From: Gemmatimonadota bacterium
GTDB lineage: Bacteria; Gemmatimonadota; Gemmatimonadetes; Gemmatimonadales; GWC2-71-9
Length of the DNA: 64,000 nt
Reading direction: 5' to 3'
Assembly (NCBI GenBank): GCA_039588255.1
Contig: JBDHAF010000019.1
Location: 3,101-67,100, forward strand
Part shown: positions 9,145-19,630 of the stretch, piece after piece
Numbering within the stretch: position 1 is the first letter of the stretch
Layout of the letters: each line of letters opens with the position of its first letter
The notes under the pieces: model-generated
Seen by the model: the letters and a program-made list of their open reading frames with translations, nothing else
Told to the model about the DNA's origin: nothing
The model's database searches: none
Program-made: the position numbers and the translations under genes

Positions 9145-10634
9145 TGAGATCTTCGGTCAAGACCACACCGGTCCAGCAATCTACGACAGCGCTCCTCGCG
9201 GTGGCCGTGCCAGAGGTGGGACGTAAGGTGCCCGCGTCGCTCGCGTCGTTGGACAAGTCACTCAAGGGCGCGATCGGGCGGGTGCTTGCCAGCGGGGACT
9301 TCGGCGGGAAGCGCGACCAGACCGTAGTACTCTATCCGGCCACCGGCCCGAAGCGTGTCCTGCTCGTCGGCGTGGGAAAGACCGACGCTCTGGATGGGAA
9401 TGCGCTCCGTAAGGCCGCTGCCCAAGCGGCCCGTCGCGCGGTGGAGCTGGGAGCTGGTTCCCTCGGGTTCACTCTCGCGGCAGACGTCGCCGCCAAGCTC
9501 GACCCAGAACATGTCGGCCGTGTTGTGATGGAGGGAGCGGGGCAGGGGGGCTGGGTATTCGAGCAACTCCGCTCGAAACGGGAATCCAAGGCCGATCTCG
9601 CCACCGTACACATCTTCACCACGCCAGACGCCAAAGCTGCCACCGAAAGGGGGCGGAGGGTCGGTGCGGCGGTGGCGGCGGGGCAGGCATTCGCCCGAAA
9701 CCTGCAGATGCGCCCCGGCAACCACTGCACCCCCACCGATCTGGCCAAGGAGGCCACCGCGCTCGGCGAGCGCTACGGCCACAAGGTGAGTGTCAAAGGC
9801 CGGCGCCAGTTGCAAAAGGAGGGCATGAACGCCCTGCTGGCCGTCGCTCAGGGATCAGCTCAGGAACCCCGGTTTATCACCCTCGAGTACCGCGGTGCCG
9901 GTGCTGCAAAACCCGTGTGCCTGGTGGGCAAGGGCGTGACTTTTGACTCGGGCGGCATCTCGATCAAGCCGGCGCTCAACATGGAAGAGATGAAGTTCGA
10001 CATGTCGGGCGCGGCGGCGGTGTTGGGCACGTTCGAGGCGCTGGGTAGCCTCAAGCCGCGGGTCAACGTGGTCGGGCTGATACCGACGACGGAGAATCTG
10101 CCGTCCTCGACGGCGGTCAAGCCGGGGGACGTGGTGAAGACCCATTTCGGCAAGACGGTGGAGATCATCAACACCGATGCCGAGGGTCGCTTGATCCTGT
10201 GCGACGCCTTGTCCTACGCGCGGCGATTCAAGCCCGCCTGCATTTTGGACATTGCGACGCTCACCGGTAGCATCGTCATTGCCCTGGGAGATCAGGCCAC
10301 CGGGCTGATGGGAAACGACGACGACTTGCTGCGAGAGGTCCGGGAGGCCGGGGACGGGACGGGAGAGCCATGCTGGGAGTTGCCACTGTGGGACGGATAC
10401 CGCCAACAGATCAAGTCCGATACCGCGGACATCAAGAACGTCGGCGGTCGTCCTGCAGGCTCCATCACCGCGGGGTGGTTTCTCAAGGAGTTCATCGAGA
10501 AGCACCCGTGGGCCCACCTCGACATTGCCGGCACCGCGTGGCTCGAGGGCGACCGACCGGACATCGCCAAGGGCCCCACCGGCGTGGGAGTGAGATTGTT
10601 TACCGAGTTCGCCCTGAGGCGCGCGGCTGGGTGA
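9144..10634 (+). CDS. pepA: leucyl aminopeptidase (M17)
   Basis: ATG at 9144 overlaps the icd stop (TGATG). Contains VGKGVTFDSGGISIKP and the NTDAEGRLILCDAL M17 signature. Confidence 0.9.
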   Translation: MRSSVKTTPVQQSTTALLAVAVPEVGRKVPASLASLDKSLKGAIGRVLASGDFGGKRDQTVVLYPATGPKRVLLVGVGKTDALDGNALRKAAAQAARRAVELGAGSLGFTLAADVAAKLDPEHVGRVVMEGAGQGGWVFEQLRSKRESKADLATVHIFTTPDAKAATERGRRVGAAVAAGQAFARNLQMRPGNHCTPTDLAKEATALGERYGHKVSVKGRRQLQKEGMNALLAVAQGSAQEPRFITLEYRGAGAAKPVCLVGKGVTFDSGGISIKPALNMEEMKFDMSGAAAVLGTFEALGSLKPRVNVVGLIPTTENLPSSTAVKPGDVVKTHFGKTVEIINTDAEGRLILCDALSYARRFKPACILDIATLTGSIVIALGDQATGLMGNDDDLLREVREAGDGTGEPCWELPLWDGYRQQIKSDTADIKNVGGRPAGSITAGWFLKEFIEKHPWAHLDIAGTAWLEGDRPDIAKGPTGVGVRLFTEFALRRAAG

Positions 10635-12421
10635 AGCGGGTCCGCTCGACGCTCCCTGCCGTCGTGGCGTGTCTCACCGTTCTTGGCCCCGGGATCGCCC
10701 GCGCCGCCGCGATGCAGGACACCACCGCGGTGGACAGCGCGGCCGTGCAACTCCCGCCTGAGGATTCCACGACGTTGGGTCGTGTGACCGTTCCCATCAC
10801 GGAAGACGAAGTTCCGATGGGCCCGCTGGCACCCGGCACACGATACCGCTTCACCCGCACCTCGATGATCTGGACCAGCTCCCTCACCCTCGCCGATGTG
10901 CTGACGGCCATCCCGGGCGTGTATGTCGCGCGCGGGGGTTTTTTCGGCCAGCCTGAATACATCATGTATGCCGGGCGTGGCGCGGCGTCCCTCGAGCTCT
11001 ACTGGGACGGCCTGCCGATGCATCCGGTGGGATCCGACTCTGTGTACATGGACCCGGGCCGCTTTAGCCTGAGCTATCTCAAGCAGGTCGACGTGGAGGT
11101 GTTGCCTGGTGTGCTGCGCGTGTACCTGGTGTCCGAGCGCTACGATCGTCCGGAACCTCGTTCTGTCATCCGGGTGACCTCGGGGAGCTTTAGCACCGCC
11201 CAGTACGCGGGGCTCTTTCAGCGACGGTGGGGGAGCGGTGTCGGGCTCAGTCTCACCGGCGACTTCATGGCGTCGGACGGCGCCGCCAATGTGAGCCGCG
11301 ACGACCAGTACTTCGACCTCTGGGCAAAACTCGAGTGGCTGCCTGGGGACGGGTCCACGGGCGCGGTGTATCAGGTGCGGCGTCAGAAACAAGACCGGGA
11401 TATGCGATCCGGGGAGGGCACGGATGGCGTGCCGGCGAAAAACGGCAAGCGAACCGAATTCGTCTTCAAGGTGTTCAGCGGAAACCGACCCAATCGACTT
11501 GGGTTCCTCGCCGAGGCCGGGTTGGGATCGACGTTGTGGAGCGGCGACTCCATCGCCGGCGACCAATCCATTCGCCAGGCGTTCGCGAACGTCCGGTATG
11601 CGACGCCCCGGTTCTCCTTCGAAGCCATCGGCAGGGCAGCGGACGCGCGCATCCGCACGGAGGTGGAAGGACGCTTGGGATTGGTGCCGATCCGGGGCAT
11701 AGTGCTGTCGGGCCAGGGACGGTGGCAACGGCTTCCCGGCGATCGCAGCGCCAGGAGCGGAACGGCATCGTTGGGTCTGTATTTCGGACCGTTCTCCGCA
11801 GTGGGGCAGGCATCGACTGGCGAGGTGGTCCAATCGCTTGCCTTGCTCACGGACTCCGCTCAGCAGGTGTCCGATGCCTCGGCGATGGTGGGCTTCTCCA
11901 CGAAGCGTCTCAGCGGCCACTTAGGTCTCGCAAGACGCGACGCGTTTCTTCCAGCAGCGATACCCGACTACCCGGGGTTCCCAGGAATGGACTCGTCCAC
12001 CGCCGCAACCTACGTGGTCGCCGACCTGACGCTCCGACCGGTGTACCCACTGTTCCTCACGGCGTGGTACTCACATCCCCGGACGAAGCCAGCCGACTTC
12101 CAACCACCGCAGCACGGCCGTGTCGATCTCACGTTCCGCTCGAAGTTCTGGCGCACGTTTCGCAGCGGGGCGTTCGAGTTTCTCCTGCGCTACAGCGTCG
12201 AGTATTGGAGTACGGGGACGGCGGGGATCAATACGGCCGGCGTGCCGGAGGTGCTGCCGGGCGCGACCTTCCACGAGTGGTTCGTGGAGCTCGAGTTGGT
12301 GGGCTTCAAGGCGTTCTGGAATCTCCGCAATGCACGCAATTCGTTGGCGCAGTACGTGCCGTCCCTGTCCTATCCGCGGAACGCCCAAACGTTTGGCGTG
12401 AGGTGGGAATTCATTAACTGA
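10631..12421 (+). CDS. TonB-dependent receptor-like outer membrane protein (plug + beta-barrel)
   Basis: GTG at 10631 overlaps the pepA stop (GTGA). It has a signal-like N-terminus VKRVRSTLPAVVACLTVLGPGIARAAA and plug-like LADVLTAIPGVYVARGG...LELYWDGLPM...VDVEVLPG. The C-terminal half is rich in alternating beta-strand pattern and ends in RWEFIN. Confidence 0.7.
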   Translation: MKRVRSTLPAVVACLTVLGPGIARAAAMQDTTAVDSAAVQLPPEDSTTLGRVTVPITEDEVPMGPLAPGTRYRFTRTSMIWTSSLTLADVLTAIPGVYVARGGFFGQPEYIMYAGRGAASLELYWDGLPMHPVGSDSVYMDPGRFSLSYLKQVDVEVLPGVLRVYLVSERYDRPEPRSVIRVTSGSFSTAQYAGLFQRRWGSGVGLSLTGDFMASDGAANVSRDDQYFDLWAKLEWLPGDGSTGAVYQVRRQKQDRDMRSGEGTDGVPAKNGKRTEFVFKVFSGNRPNRLGFLAEAGLGSTLWSGDSIAGDQSIRQAFANVRYATPRFSFEAIGRAADARIRTEVEGRLGLVPIRGIVLSGQGRWQRLPGDRSARSGTASLGLYFGPFSAVGQASTGEVVQSLALLTDSAQQVSDASAMVGFSTKRLSGHLGLARRDAFLPAAIPDYPGFPGMDSSTAATYVVADLTLRPVYPLFLTAWYSHPRTKPADFQPPQHGRVDLTFRSKFWRTFRSGAFEFLLRYSVEYWSTGTAGINTAGVPEVLPGATFHEWFVELELVGFKAFWNLRNARNSLAQYVPSLSYPRNAQTFGVRWEFIN

Positions 12422-12498
12422 AGGAGCATACGGTCCCGGGGTGGCAGGGCACCCCCGCGGCAACTAGGTTCACACTCATTCACCTGACGGGAGGGGCA

Positions 12499-13374
12499 GT
12501 GGCGCATTCGATGACGGGTTTCGGTTCGGCGGAAGGGCCGGTTGCGCAAGGCCAGTTGCACGTCGACGTGCGAACCGTCAATCACCGGCACTTGAGTGTG
12601 CAACTGAAGATACCGGCGATCTTGCAGGAGCTGGAGGGACAGCTTCGCGAGATTCTGCGCGAACACCTGCACCGAGGACATGTAACGCTCTCGGCTCGCT
12701 GGATCGAAGAGGTGACCAGAGAGGGAGAGATCTCGGTAAACATCGAACGGGCGAGGGACGTGGTGGCCGCCATGGAAGGGTTGAAGCAGGCTCTCGACCT
12801 TCCCGGCGAGATCGACATGAGCTTCGTCGCGAGACAACCCGACGTGCTGGCGTACGGCGCCGGCGACGCCCCGGCGGTGGATCCTGGAGAGGTGATTGGC
12901 GTGGTTCGCACTGCCGTGACCGATTTGGTGGACGCTCGCCGGCGGGAAGGCGAGGCCCTTGTGGCGGAGATCGAACGTCTGCTCACGTCCATCGAAAGCG
13001 AATTGGCCGCCGTGGAAGAACAGGCACCCGCCCGGTTGACGGCCGAGCGCGACCGGCTGCGGGAATCCGTCGCCGCCCTGTTGGACGGGAAGAGGGCCGA
13101 TGAAGATCGGCTGGCGCAAGAGATCGCCTTGCTGTCAGACAAGTTGGATATTACCGAGGAGATCGTCCGGCTCCGTGCACACATCGGTGCCGTCCGCGAG
13201 GCACTGGCACAGTCCGCACCGGTGGGCAAGCGCCTGAGCTTCCTGGGCCAAGAGATGTTGCGGGAGATCAACACCATTGGCTCGAAGGCCAACGACGCCG
13301 CCATTGCGCACCGCGTCGTCTCCATGAAGGGAGAGCTCGAGAAATTCCGCGAACAGATCGAGAACTTGGAATAA
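12499..13374 (+). CDS. yicC: YicC-family stress-induced protein
   Basis: GTG start. Contains MTGFG near the N-terminus and the C-terminal LSFLGQEMLREINTIGSKAND motif (YicC_N / DUF1732). Confidence 0.85.
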   Translation: MAHSMTGFGSAEGPVAQGQLHVDVRTVNHRHLSVQLKIPAILQELEGQLREILREHLHRGHVTLSARWIEEVTREGEISVNIERARDVVAAMEGLKQALDLPGEIDMSFVARQPDVLAYGAGDAPAVDPGEVIGVVRTAVTDLVDARRREGEALVAEIERLLTSIESELAAVEEQAPARLTAERDRLRESVAALLDGKRADEDRLAQEIALLSDKLDITEEIVRLRAHIGAVREALAQSAPVGKRLSFLGQEMLREINTIGSKANDAAIAHRVVSMKGELEKFREQIENLE

Positions 13375-13385
13375 ATCCGTTTCTC

Positions 13386-14012
13386 GTGATCTTGTCCTCA
13401 CCCTCGGGTGGGGGGAAGACGACCATTGCGAAGGCGCTCCTCACCATGCGGGAGGACCTGGGCTACAGCGTCTCCGCAACCACGAGACCGCAGCGGCCCA
13501 AGGAGCAGGAGGGGATCGATTATCACTTCCTCAGCCCCAACGAGTTTCAGACCAGGATCGACGGCGGAGATTTCCTGGAATGGGCATCCTACGGGGGGTT
13601 TCTCTACGGGACCCTGGTGTCCGAAATCGAGGAGATCCTAGAGGCGGGTAAGCACGCGGTGCTGGACATCGAGGTCATCGGGGCGCGGAAAGCCAGGGAA
13701 CGCCTTGCCAATGTCGTAAGTATCTTTATTCTTCCTCCCTCCGCGGAGGCGCTGCGGGATCGTCTCTCACGCCGAAAGACGGAGGGGACCGAAGCGGTCG
13801 GGGTCCGCCTGCAGCACGCGATCGACGAGGTGGGTGCGGCCGCGGAGTACGATTACACCGTGGTCAACGACGATCTGGAGCAGGCGGTTGAGGAGGTCAA
13901 CGGCATTATCGAAGCGGAGTGTCGCCGCACGACCAGGTTGAATCGTCTCGTGGAGGCTTCGACGCGATTACGGGACGCGCTCATCGCAGAAGCGCAGTCA
14001 TTGCAGCCATAG
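13386..14012 (+). CDS. gmk: guanylate kinase
   Basis: SSPSGGGKTT P-loop, SATTRPQRPKEQEGIDYHF and FLEWASYGGFLYGT. Confidence 0.9.
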   Translation: MILSSPSGGGKTTIAKALLTMREDLGYSVSATTRPQRPKEQEGIDYHFLSPNEFQTRIDGGDFLEWASYGGFLYGTLVSEIEEILEAGKHAVLDIEVIGARKARERLANVVSIFILPPSAEALRDRLSRRKTEGTEAVGVRLQHAIDEVGAAAEYDYTVVNDDLEQAVEEVNGIIEAECRRTTRLNRLVEASTRLRDALIAEAQSLQP

Positions 14013-14022
14013 GAGAAGAGGA

Positions 14023-14235
14023 ATGCAGGTTTTCACACCATTGGAGGTGGCCAGCCGGGCCGGGAACAAGTACTTGGGAGTTCTGGTCGCAGCGAAGTTC
14101 GCTCGGTTCGTGAACGAATTCCCGCGTGACCGGTCTGTGGACCACGAGAAGAAACTCACCACGCGCGCGCTCGAGGAACTCGCCGGCGGCGAACTGACGT
14201 ACCGGTTGCTCAAGCGCCGACGCCAGGAAGCATGA
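14023..14235 (+). CDS. rpoZ: DNA-directed RNA polymerase subunit omega
   Basis: 70 aa, immediately after gmk (conserved gmk-rpoZ synteny). The GNKYLGVLVAAKFARFV helix is typical of omega. Confidence 0.75.
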   Translation: MQVFTPLEVASRAGNKYLGVLVAAKFARFVNEFPRDRSVDHEKKLTTRALEELAGGELTYRLLKRRRQEA

Positions 14236-15425
14236 CACTCGCCGGCCGGCGCGTCGTTCTCGGCGTGTCGGGCGGGATTGCCTGTTATAAGGCCTGCACG
14301 ATTGCGCGCAGGCTCACCGAGCTTGGGGCCTCTGTGGACGTCGTGCTGACCAGCGCAGCAGGCAATTTCGTGGGCCCGGCAACCTTTGAAGCTCTCACCC
14401 ACCGGCCCGTCCTCACATCCCTATGGCAACGGAACACCGCCCTGGCCCACGTCGAACTGGGCCAGGAGGCCGACCTCATCGTCCTCGCGCCAGCCACCGC
14501 CAACCTCATCGCCCGGGCCGCGCAGGGCATCGCCGATGACATCCTGACCACGTTGTTGCTCGCGGGAACCGCACCGGTGCTCATTGCGCCGGCGATGAAC
14601 GACGAGATGTTCGCCCACCCAGCCACCCAGCGGAACCTGGAAACACTCCGGGAGCGGGGGTGGGCCGTCATCGGCCCGGCGATCGGGGCACTCGCCGAGG
14701 GTGACTCTGACCGGCCGGGCCGGATGAGCGAGCCGGAAGAGATCGTCGCGGCGGCCGAACGGGGGATGCGTGGAGCCCAGGGCGGTCTCGCCGGCAAGCG
14801 GGTGGTCGTGACGGCCGGTCCGACCCGAGAAGCGGTGGACCCGGTTCGGGTGTTCACCAACCGATCCAGCGGACGGATGGGATTCGCGGTGGCGGCCGCC
14901 GCATACGCCAGGGGTGGAGACGTGACCCTCGTCGCCGGACCCACCGCACTGCCACCGCCGTTCGGCGTCCACACGATCGCCGTCGAGAGCACGGTCGACC
15001 TACAACACGCTGTCGACGGCGTGCTCCACGACGCCGACGTATTGATCATGGCCGCGGCCCCCGCCGATTTTCGGCCGAGGGATCAGGAGGAGCAGAAGCG
15101 ACCGAGGGGCGACGGCCCGTTGGAGATCGCCCTCGAGCCCACGGACGACGTGCTGCTCGAAACGCGAGAGACACGGAAGGCGGGAAGTGTTATTGTGGGT
15201 TTCGCCCTGGAAACATCCGACGGAATGCAGCGCGCCCGTGAGAAGCTGGAGCGCAAAGGCCTGGATCTGATCGTGCTCAACATGGCCAACGAGCCCGGGG
15301 CGGGCTTCGAGGTGGAGACCAACCGGGTGACGTTGCTGTCGCCCACCGAGACCATCGACATACCGGAAATGCCCAAACGAGACGTCGCGGAGCGGATCCT
15401 CGACGCCGTCGAGCAATTGCTGTGA
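14232..15425 (+). CDS. coaBC: bifunctional phosphopantothenoylcysteine decarboxylase / phosphopantothenate-cysteine ligase
   Basis: ATGA overlap with rpoZ. Contains VLGVSGGIACYKA (flavoprotein domain), PAMNDEMF, and VTAGPTREAVDPVRVFTNRSSGRMG (CoaB domain). Confidence 0.92.
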   Translation: MTLAGRRVVLGVSGGIACYKACTIARRLTELGASVDVVLTSAAGNFVGPATFEALTHRPVLTSLWQRNTALAHVELGQEADLIVLAPATANLIARAAQGIADDILTTLLLAGTAPVLIAPAMNDEMFAHPATQRNLETLRERGWAVIGPAIGALAEGDSDRPGRMSEPEEIVAAAERGMRGAQGGLAGKRVVVTAGPTREAVDPVRVFTNRSSGRMGFAVAAAAYARGGDVTLVAGPTALPPPFGVHTIAVESTVDLQHAVDGVLHDADVLIMAAAPADFRPRDQEEQKRPRGDGPLEIALEPTDDVLLETRETRKAGSVIVGFALETSDGMQRAREKLERKGLDLIVLNMANEPGAGFEVETNRVTLLSPTETIDIPEMPKRDVAERILDAVEQLL

Positions 15426-16237
15426 CCGACCCACGCCAACTGTTCGCCCGCTACTTGACCCAGCGGGAGACCGTGGGCGAGGCGTCCTACGTGCTCGACG
15501 AGTCGGAGGTGGGGGCCGCTGCCGTATCGGCGAGCGAAGAGCCAACGCCGCAGACCACGGCGGGGCCGCAGGCGGCCGGCGCTCCAGCAGAGAAGTGGCG
15601 CAAAGGCGCCCCGGAGATCCCGGGACCGGGCATCGAGATTGCCGCACCCGCAACGGACCTCTTTGCAGAAGACCCCCTGGCCGATGCCGACCTGGACGGG
15701 CTCTGTGACCTGGTGCGTGGGTGCAAGAAGTGCAGCTTGTGCCGCGAGCGAAGGAACGCCGTGCCCGGAGAGGGGCCACCCGACGCGGACCTGATAGTGG
15801 TGGGAGAGGGGCCCGGTGCCACCGAGGACGAACAGGGGCGCCCCTTCGTGGGGCGGGCGGGCAAACTCCTCGACGACATCCTCGCGGCTATCGGCTGTCC
15901 CCGGGAAACGGTGTACATCGCCAACATCGTGAAGTGCCGCCCGCCGCAAAACCGCAACCCCGAGCGCGAAGAAATTGCTGAGTGTGTTCCGTACCTCCAC
16001 CGGCAGATTGCGCTCTTGAAGCCAAAGGTCATTATTGCAATGGGAGGCGTTGCCGCCAGCACGCTTCTGGAATTCAAAGGATCTCTGGGCTCGCTCCGCA
16101 ACAAAGTCCATAAGTTCCGCGGCGTTCCGTTGGTGGTCACCTACCACCCGGCGGCGCTCCTTCGCAACCCGAACTGGAAGAAACCGACCTGGGATGACGT
16201 CCGTATCGCACGACGCCTCCTCGCTGGCGAGCGTTGA
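15422..16237 (+). CDS. uracil-DNA glycosylase, family 4
   Basis: GTGA overlap with coaBC. Contains GEGPGATEDEQGRPFVGRAGKLLD and the VKCRPPQNRNP...HPAALLRNP motifs. It has a ~100-aa N-terminal extension. Confidence 0.85.
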   Translation: MTDPRQLFARYLTQRETVGEASYVLDESEVGAAAVSASEEPTPQTTAGPQAAGAPAEKWRKGAPEIPGPGIEIAAPATDLFAEDPLADADLDGLCDLVRGCKKCSLCRERRNAVPGEGPPDADLIVVGEGPGATEDEQGRPFVGRAGKLLDDILAAIGCPRETVYIANIVKCRPPQNRNPEREEIAECVPYLHRQIALLKPKVIIAMGGVAASTLLEFKGSLGSLRNKVHKFRGVPLVVTYHPAALLRNPNWKKPTWDDVRIARRLLAGER

Positions 16238-17606
16238 AGCTCCGGCGGACCGCCGGATTCCCTGGAGTCCCGACGCCGAGCAGGCAGTGCTCGGCGCCAT
16301 GTTGCTCGACCAGGATGCATCTCTCAAGGCCGCCGAGCTCCTCGTGGACGACGCGTTCTACAAGGAGGCCCACCGGCGACTCTTCCGAGCGATGGCGGCG
16401 ATCGTCGAGAAGAACGACGTGTTGGATCCGGTGGTGCTCCGGAACGAGCTGGATCGGCGCGGCGATCTCGAGGCGGTGGGGGGCATCGACTACATCTCTG
16501 TCTTGCTGGATGTGGTACCGACCGCCGCCAACGTGGAGTACCACGCACGCATCGTCAAAGAGAAGGCCCTGTTGCGGCGTCTCATCGACGTGGGGACGGG
16601 GATCGTGCAGGCCTCGTACGATGGCAGGGACGACGTGGGCGAGCTGCTCGATCTCGCCGAGCACAAGATCTTCGAAGTCTCCTTCCAGCGCGGAACCCAG
16701 GACGTCGTCAGAATCAAGGAGCTCATGTGGGACGCCATGGAGCGCATCGAAGCGCGCCACCGCGGCGACGAATCGGTACAGGGCGTCGCCAGTGGGTTCC
16801 AAGATTTGGACGACATGACCAACGGCTTCCAGCGCAGCGATCTCATCATCGTCGCGGCGCGGCCATCGATGGGAAAGACATCGTTTTGTCTCGACGTGGC
16901 CGCCAACGCCGCAATCGACCATCAGGTCCCGGTGGCCGTCTTTTCCCTCGAGATGTCCCGGGAACAGTTGGTCGAGCGCCTGTTGGCGTCCGAGAGCTTC
17001 GTGGACCTGCAGCGGCTCCGCACCGGAATGCTCCGGGATGAAGACTTCCCACGACTCTCGGGGGCGGCCGGCCGGCTCGGGAGTGCGAAAATCTGGATCG
17101 ACGACACACCCGCTATCCCCCTCCTCGAGATCCGGTCGAAGGCGAGGCGACTCAAAGCCGAACACGACATCGGACTCATCGTCGTGGATTATATGCAGCT
17201 GATGCAGGGTCCCAGCGACTCGGAGAACCGCCAGGCCGAGATCAGCTTCATCTCCCGGTCCCTGAAGGCACTTGCCCGGGAGCTGCGGATCCCGGTGATG
17301 GCACTCTCCCAGTTGTCCCGGGCTCCGGAACAGCGGGGCGGGGACCGGCGCCCCATGTTGTCGGACCTCCGTGATTCGGGCGCTATCGAGCAGGACGCCG
17401 ACGTGGTGCTCTTCCTCTACCGTCCCGAGATGTACATAGGTCACCTCAGCGACAAGGACCTGGAGGGCAAGGAGGGGATGGCCGAGCTCATCGTTGCCAA
17501 ACACCGGAATGGACCCACCGGCAGCGTGACGCTGGCGTTCAACAAGACGTGCACCCGGTTCGACACCTATTCGCCCCGCGATCAGGACCCCATAGATGCC
17601 CTCTGA
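16194..17606 (+). CDS. dnaB: replicative DNA helicase
   Basis: ATG at 16194 is the only start upstream of the conserved PDAEQAVLGAMLLD, so it overlaps udg by 44 nt. Contains ARPSMGKTSF Walker A, VVDYMQLM and ALSQLSRAPEQR. Its 470 aa leaves no room for an intein. Confidence 0.92.
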   Translation: MTSVSHDASSLASVEAPADRRIPWSPDAEQAVLGAMLLDQDASLKAAELLVDDAFYKEAHRRLFRAMAAIVEKNDVLDPVVLRNELDRRGDLEAVGGIDYISVLLDVVPTAANVEYHARIVKEKALLRRLIDVGTGIVQASYDGRDDVGELLDLAEHKIFEVSFQRGTQDVVRIKELMWDAMERIEARHRGDESVQGVASGFQDLDDMTNGFQRSDLIIVAARPSMGKTSFCLDVAANAAIDHQVPVAVFSLEMSREQLVERLLASESFVDLQRLRTGMLRDEDFPRLSGAAGRLGSAKIWIDDTPAIPLLEIRSKARRLKAEHDIGLIVVDYMQLMQGPSDSENRQAEISFISRSLKALARELRIPVMALSQLSRAPEQRGGDRRPMLSDLRDSGAIEQDADVVLFLYRPEMYIGHLSDKDLEGKEGMAELIVAKHRNGPTGSVTLAFNKTCTRFDTYSPRDQDPIDAL

Positions 17607-18954
17607 CCGCCGGTCGGTGTACCGGTGCTCCGACTGTGGGACGGAGTATCCCAAGTGGGCCGGTCGGTGCGATGCGTGCGGCTCGTGGAATACCCTCGCC
17701 GAAGAGATCGTCGCCCGCCGGGCTGCGTCTCGGCTCCAGCCCGGAGGCGTCGAAGCCTCGGCCGAGGCGGTGCGGCTAGGGGATGTCCTGCCCGAGGGTG
17801 CTCCCCGGATCACCACGTCCCTGGGCGAGCTCGATTTCGTGCTCGGTGGGGGGATCGTGCCCGGGTCGCTTATCCTGGTGGGAGGCGAGCCCGGCATCGG
17901 GAAGTCCACCATCCTCCTCCAGTGCGCAGGGCGGGTGGAGGCCGCGGGCGTCACCACCCTCTATGCCTCCGGGGAAGAGTCGGTGAATCAGGTGGGGCTG
18001 CGGGCCGCCCGCCTCGAGGAGCCAACGGACGGGGTTCACGTGCTCCCCGAAGTACGGATCGACGCCATCACCGCCCGGGCCGCCGCGTTGGGCGCCAAGG
18101 TTGTCATCGTGGATTCGATTCAGACGACGTATACCGACGAGCTCGAAGGGGCGCCTGGAAACGTCGGGCAGGTCAGAGAGTGCGCCGGCCGGCTCATGCG
18201 GTTTGCCAAGGAGACCGGGACAGCGGTGATCTTGGTGGGCCACGTGACCCGAGGAGGAGGCATCGCCGGTCCCAAGACCCTCGAGCACGTTGTCGACACG
18301 GTGCTGTACTTCGAGGGCGACGCCAGCAATGACTTTCGTATTCTGCGGGCGGTGAAGAACCGCTTCGGGTCCGTGGATGAGGTGGGGATCTTCGAGATGA
18401 CGGCCACCGGACTTTGCCCGGTCGTCAATCCGTCGGCGGCGTTCCTGTCGGGACGCGACGAAACGAGCGCCGGATCGGCCGTGACCGCCCTCATGGAGGG
18501 GACGCGACCGGTGTTGGTGGAGATTCAGGCTCTGGCAGCCAAGGCGGGGTTTGCCACGCCGCAGCGCGTTGCGACGGGCTTGGATCACAAACGCCTCGCC
18601 GTGCTGTTGGCGGTGATGGAGCGCCGAGCCGGGATTCCGTTCCACGACCTCGACGTGTTCCTCAACGTCACCGGAGGGGTGCGTCTCGTGGAGACGGCAT
18701 CCGACCTGGGAGTGGCGGCGGCACTCCTCTCGAGCGTGAACGACGTTCCGTGCCCGGCGGATACGCTCTTCGTGGGCGAGGTGGGACTCGGCGGGGAAGT
18801 CCGCCCGGTTCCCGGAACGGAACGGCGGTTGGCCGAGGCGGAGCGCCTCGGGTTCCGCAAGGCCATCGTGTCGGCACGGGGAGCGCACCAGGCCCCGATC
18901 CAAACCGTTTCCATCAAACACGTGTCGGAGCTGCATGACAAGCTCGCCGCGTGA
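17596..18954 (+). CDS. radA: DNA repair protein RadA
   Basis: YRCSDCGTEYPKWAGRCDACGSWNTL zinc finger, GGEPGIGKST Walker A, KNRFG motif and a Lon-like C-terminal domain. Confidence 0.93.
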   Translation: MPSDRRSVYRCSDCGTEYPKWAGRCDACGSWNTLAEEIVARRAASRLQPGGVEASAEAVRLGDVLPEGAPRITTSLGELDFVLGGGIVPGSLILVGGEPGIGKSTILLQCAGRVEAAGVTTLYASGEESVNQVGLRAARLEEPTDGVHVLPEVRIDAITARAAALGAKVVIVDSIQTTYTDELEGAPGNVGQVRECAGRLMRFAKETGTAVILVGHVTRGGGIAGPKTLEHVVDTVLYFEGDASNDFRILRAVKNRFGSVDEVGIFEMTATGLCPVVNPSAAFLSGRDETSAGSAVTALMEGTRPVLVEIQALAAKAGFATPQRVATGLDHKRLAVLLAVMERRAGIPFHDLDVFLNVTGGVRLVETASDLGVAAALLSSVNDVPCPADTLFVGEVGLGGEVRPVPGTERRLAEAERLGFRKAIVSARGAHQAPIQTVSIKHVSELHDKLAA

Positions 18955-19630
18955 CGTCGGCGTCGTCATAGCTGCCGGGGGACGCGGGGAACGGGCGGGA
19001 ATCGCCGTCCCGAAACAGTTTAGGGAGATCGCCGGCGTTCCCATGCTGCTGCGGGCAATTCGTCCCTTCGCCGCTCATCCCCGGGTGGCCGACATCGTCG
19101 TTCCGCTGCCAACCGAGGTCGTAGAAAACCTACCCGACTGGTTGGGCGCCCTCGCGGGGGAGCGGCTGCGGACAGTCGCCGGCGGAGACACCCGTGCGGC
19201 GTCGGTTTCGTTGGGCGTGGCGGCGCTCTCGCGGGACTGCACCGCCGTGGTGGTCCACGACGCCGCCCGGCCGTTCGTGAGCCCCGATACCATCGACGCC
19301 ATCATCGAGCTGGTGACCCAGGGGACCTGCGCCATCGCCGCCGTCCCGGTGAGCGACACGATAAAGCGATCCGATCCCGATGGTGAGCTGGTGCTGGAGA
19401 CGGTGTGGCGGGAGGGACTGTGGCGCGCCCAAACCCCGCAGGGCTTTCCACGGCAGGCACTCGAGCAGGCCTATGCGCACCAAGAGCTTTCCGCCACCGC
19501 CACCGACGAGGCCGCACTGGTGGAAGCCGTAGGGATTCCCGTCGCGCTGGTGCGGGACACGACCACCAACATGAAAGTGACCGCGCCCGAGGACTTCGTG
19601 GTCGCTGAAGCCTTGGCGTCCCAGCCATGA
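18935..19630 (+). CDS. ispD: 2-C-methyl-D-erythritol 4-phosphate cytidylyltransferase
   Basis: VIAAGGRGERAG...PKQF, VVHDAARPF and QTPQGF motifs. Confidence 0.9.
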   Translation: MTSSPRDVGVVIAAGGRGERAGIAVPKQFREIAGVPMLLRAIRPFAAHPRVADIVVPLPTEVVENLPDWLGALAGERLRTVAGGDTRAASVSLGVAALSRDCTAVVVHDAARPFVSPDTIDAIIELVTQGTCAIAAVPVSDTIKRSDPDGELVLETVWREGLWRAQTPQGFPRQALEQAYAHQELSATATDEAALVEAVGIPVALVRDTTTNMKVTAPEDFVVAEALASQP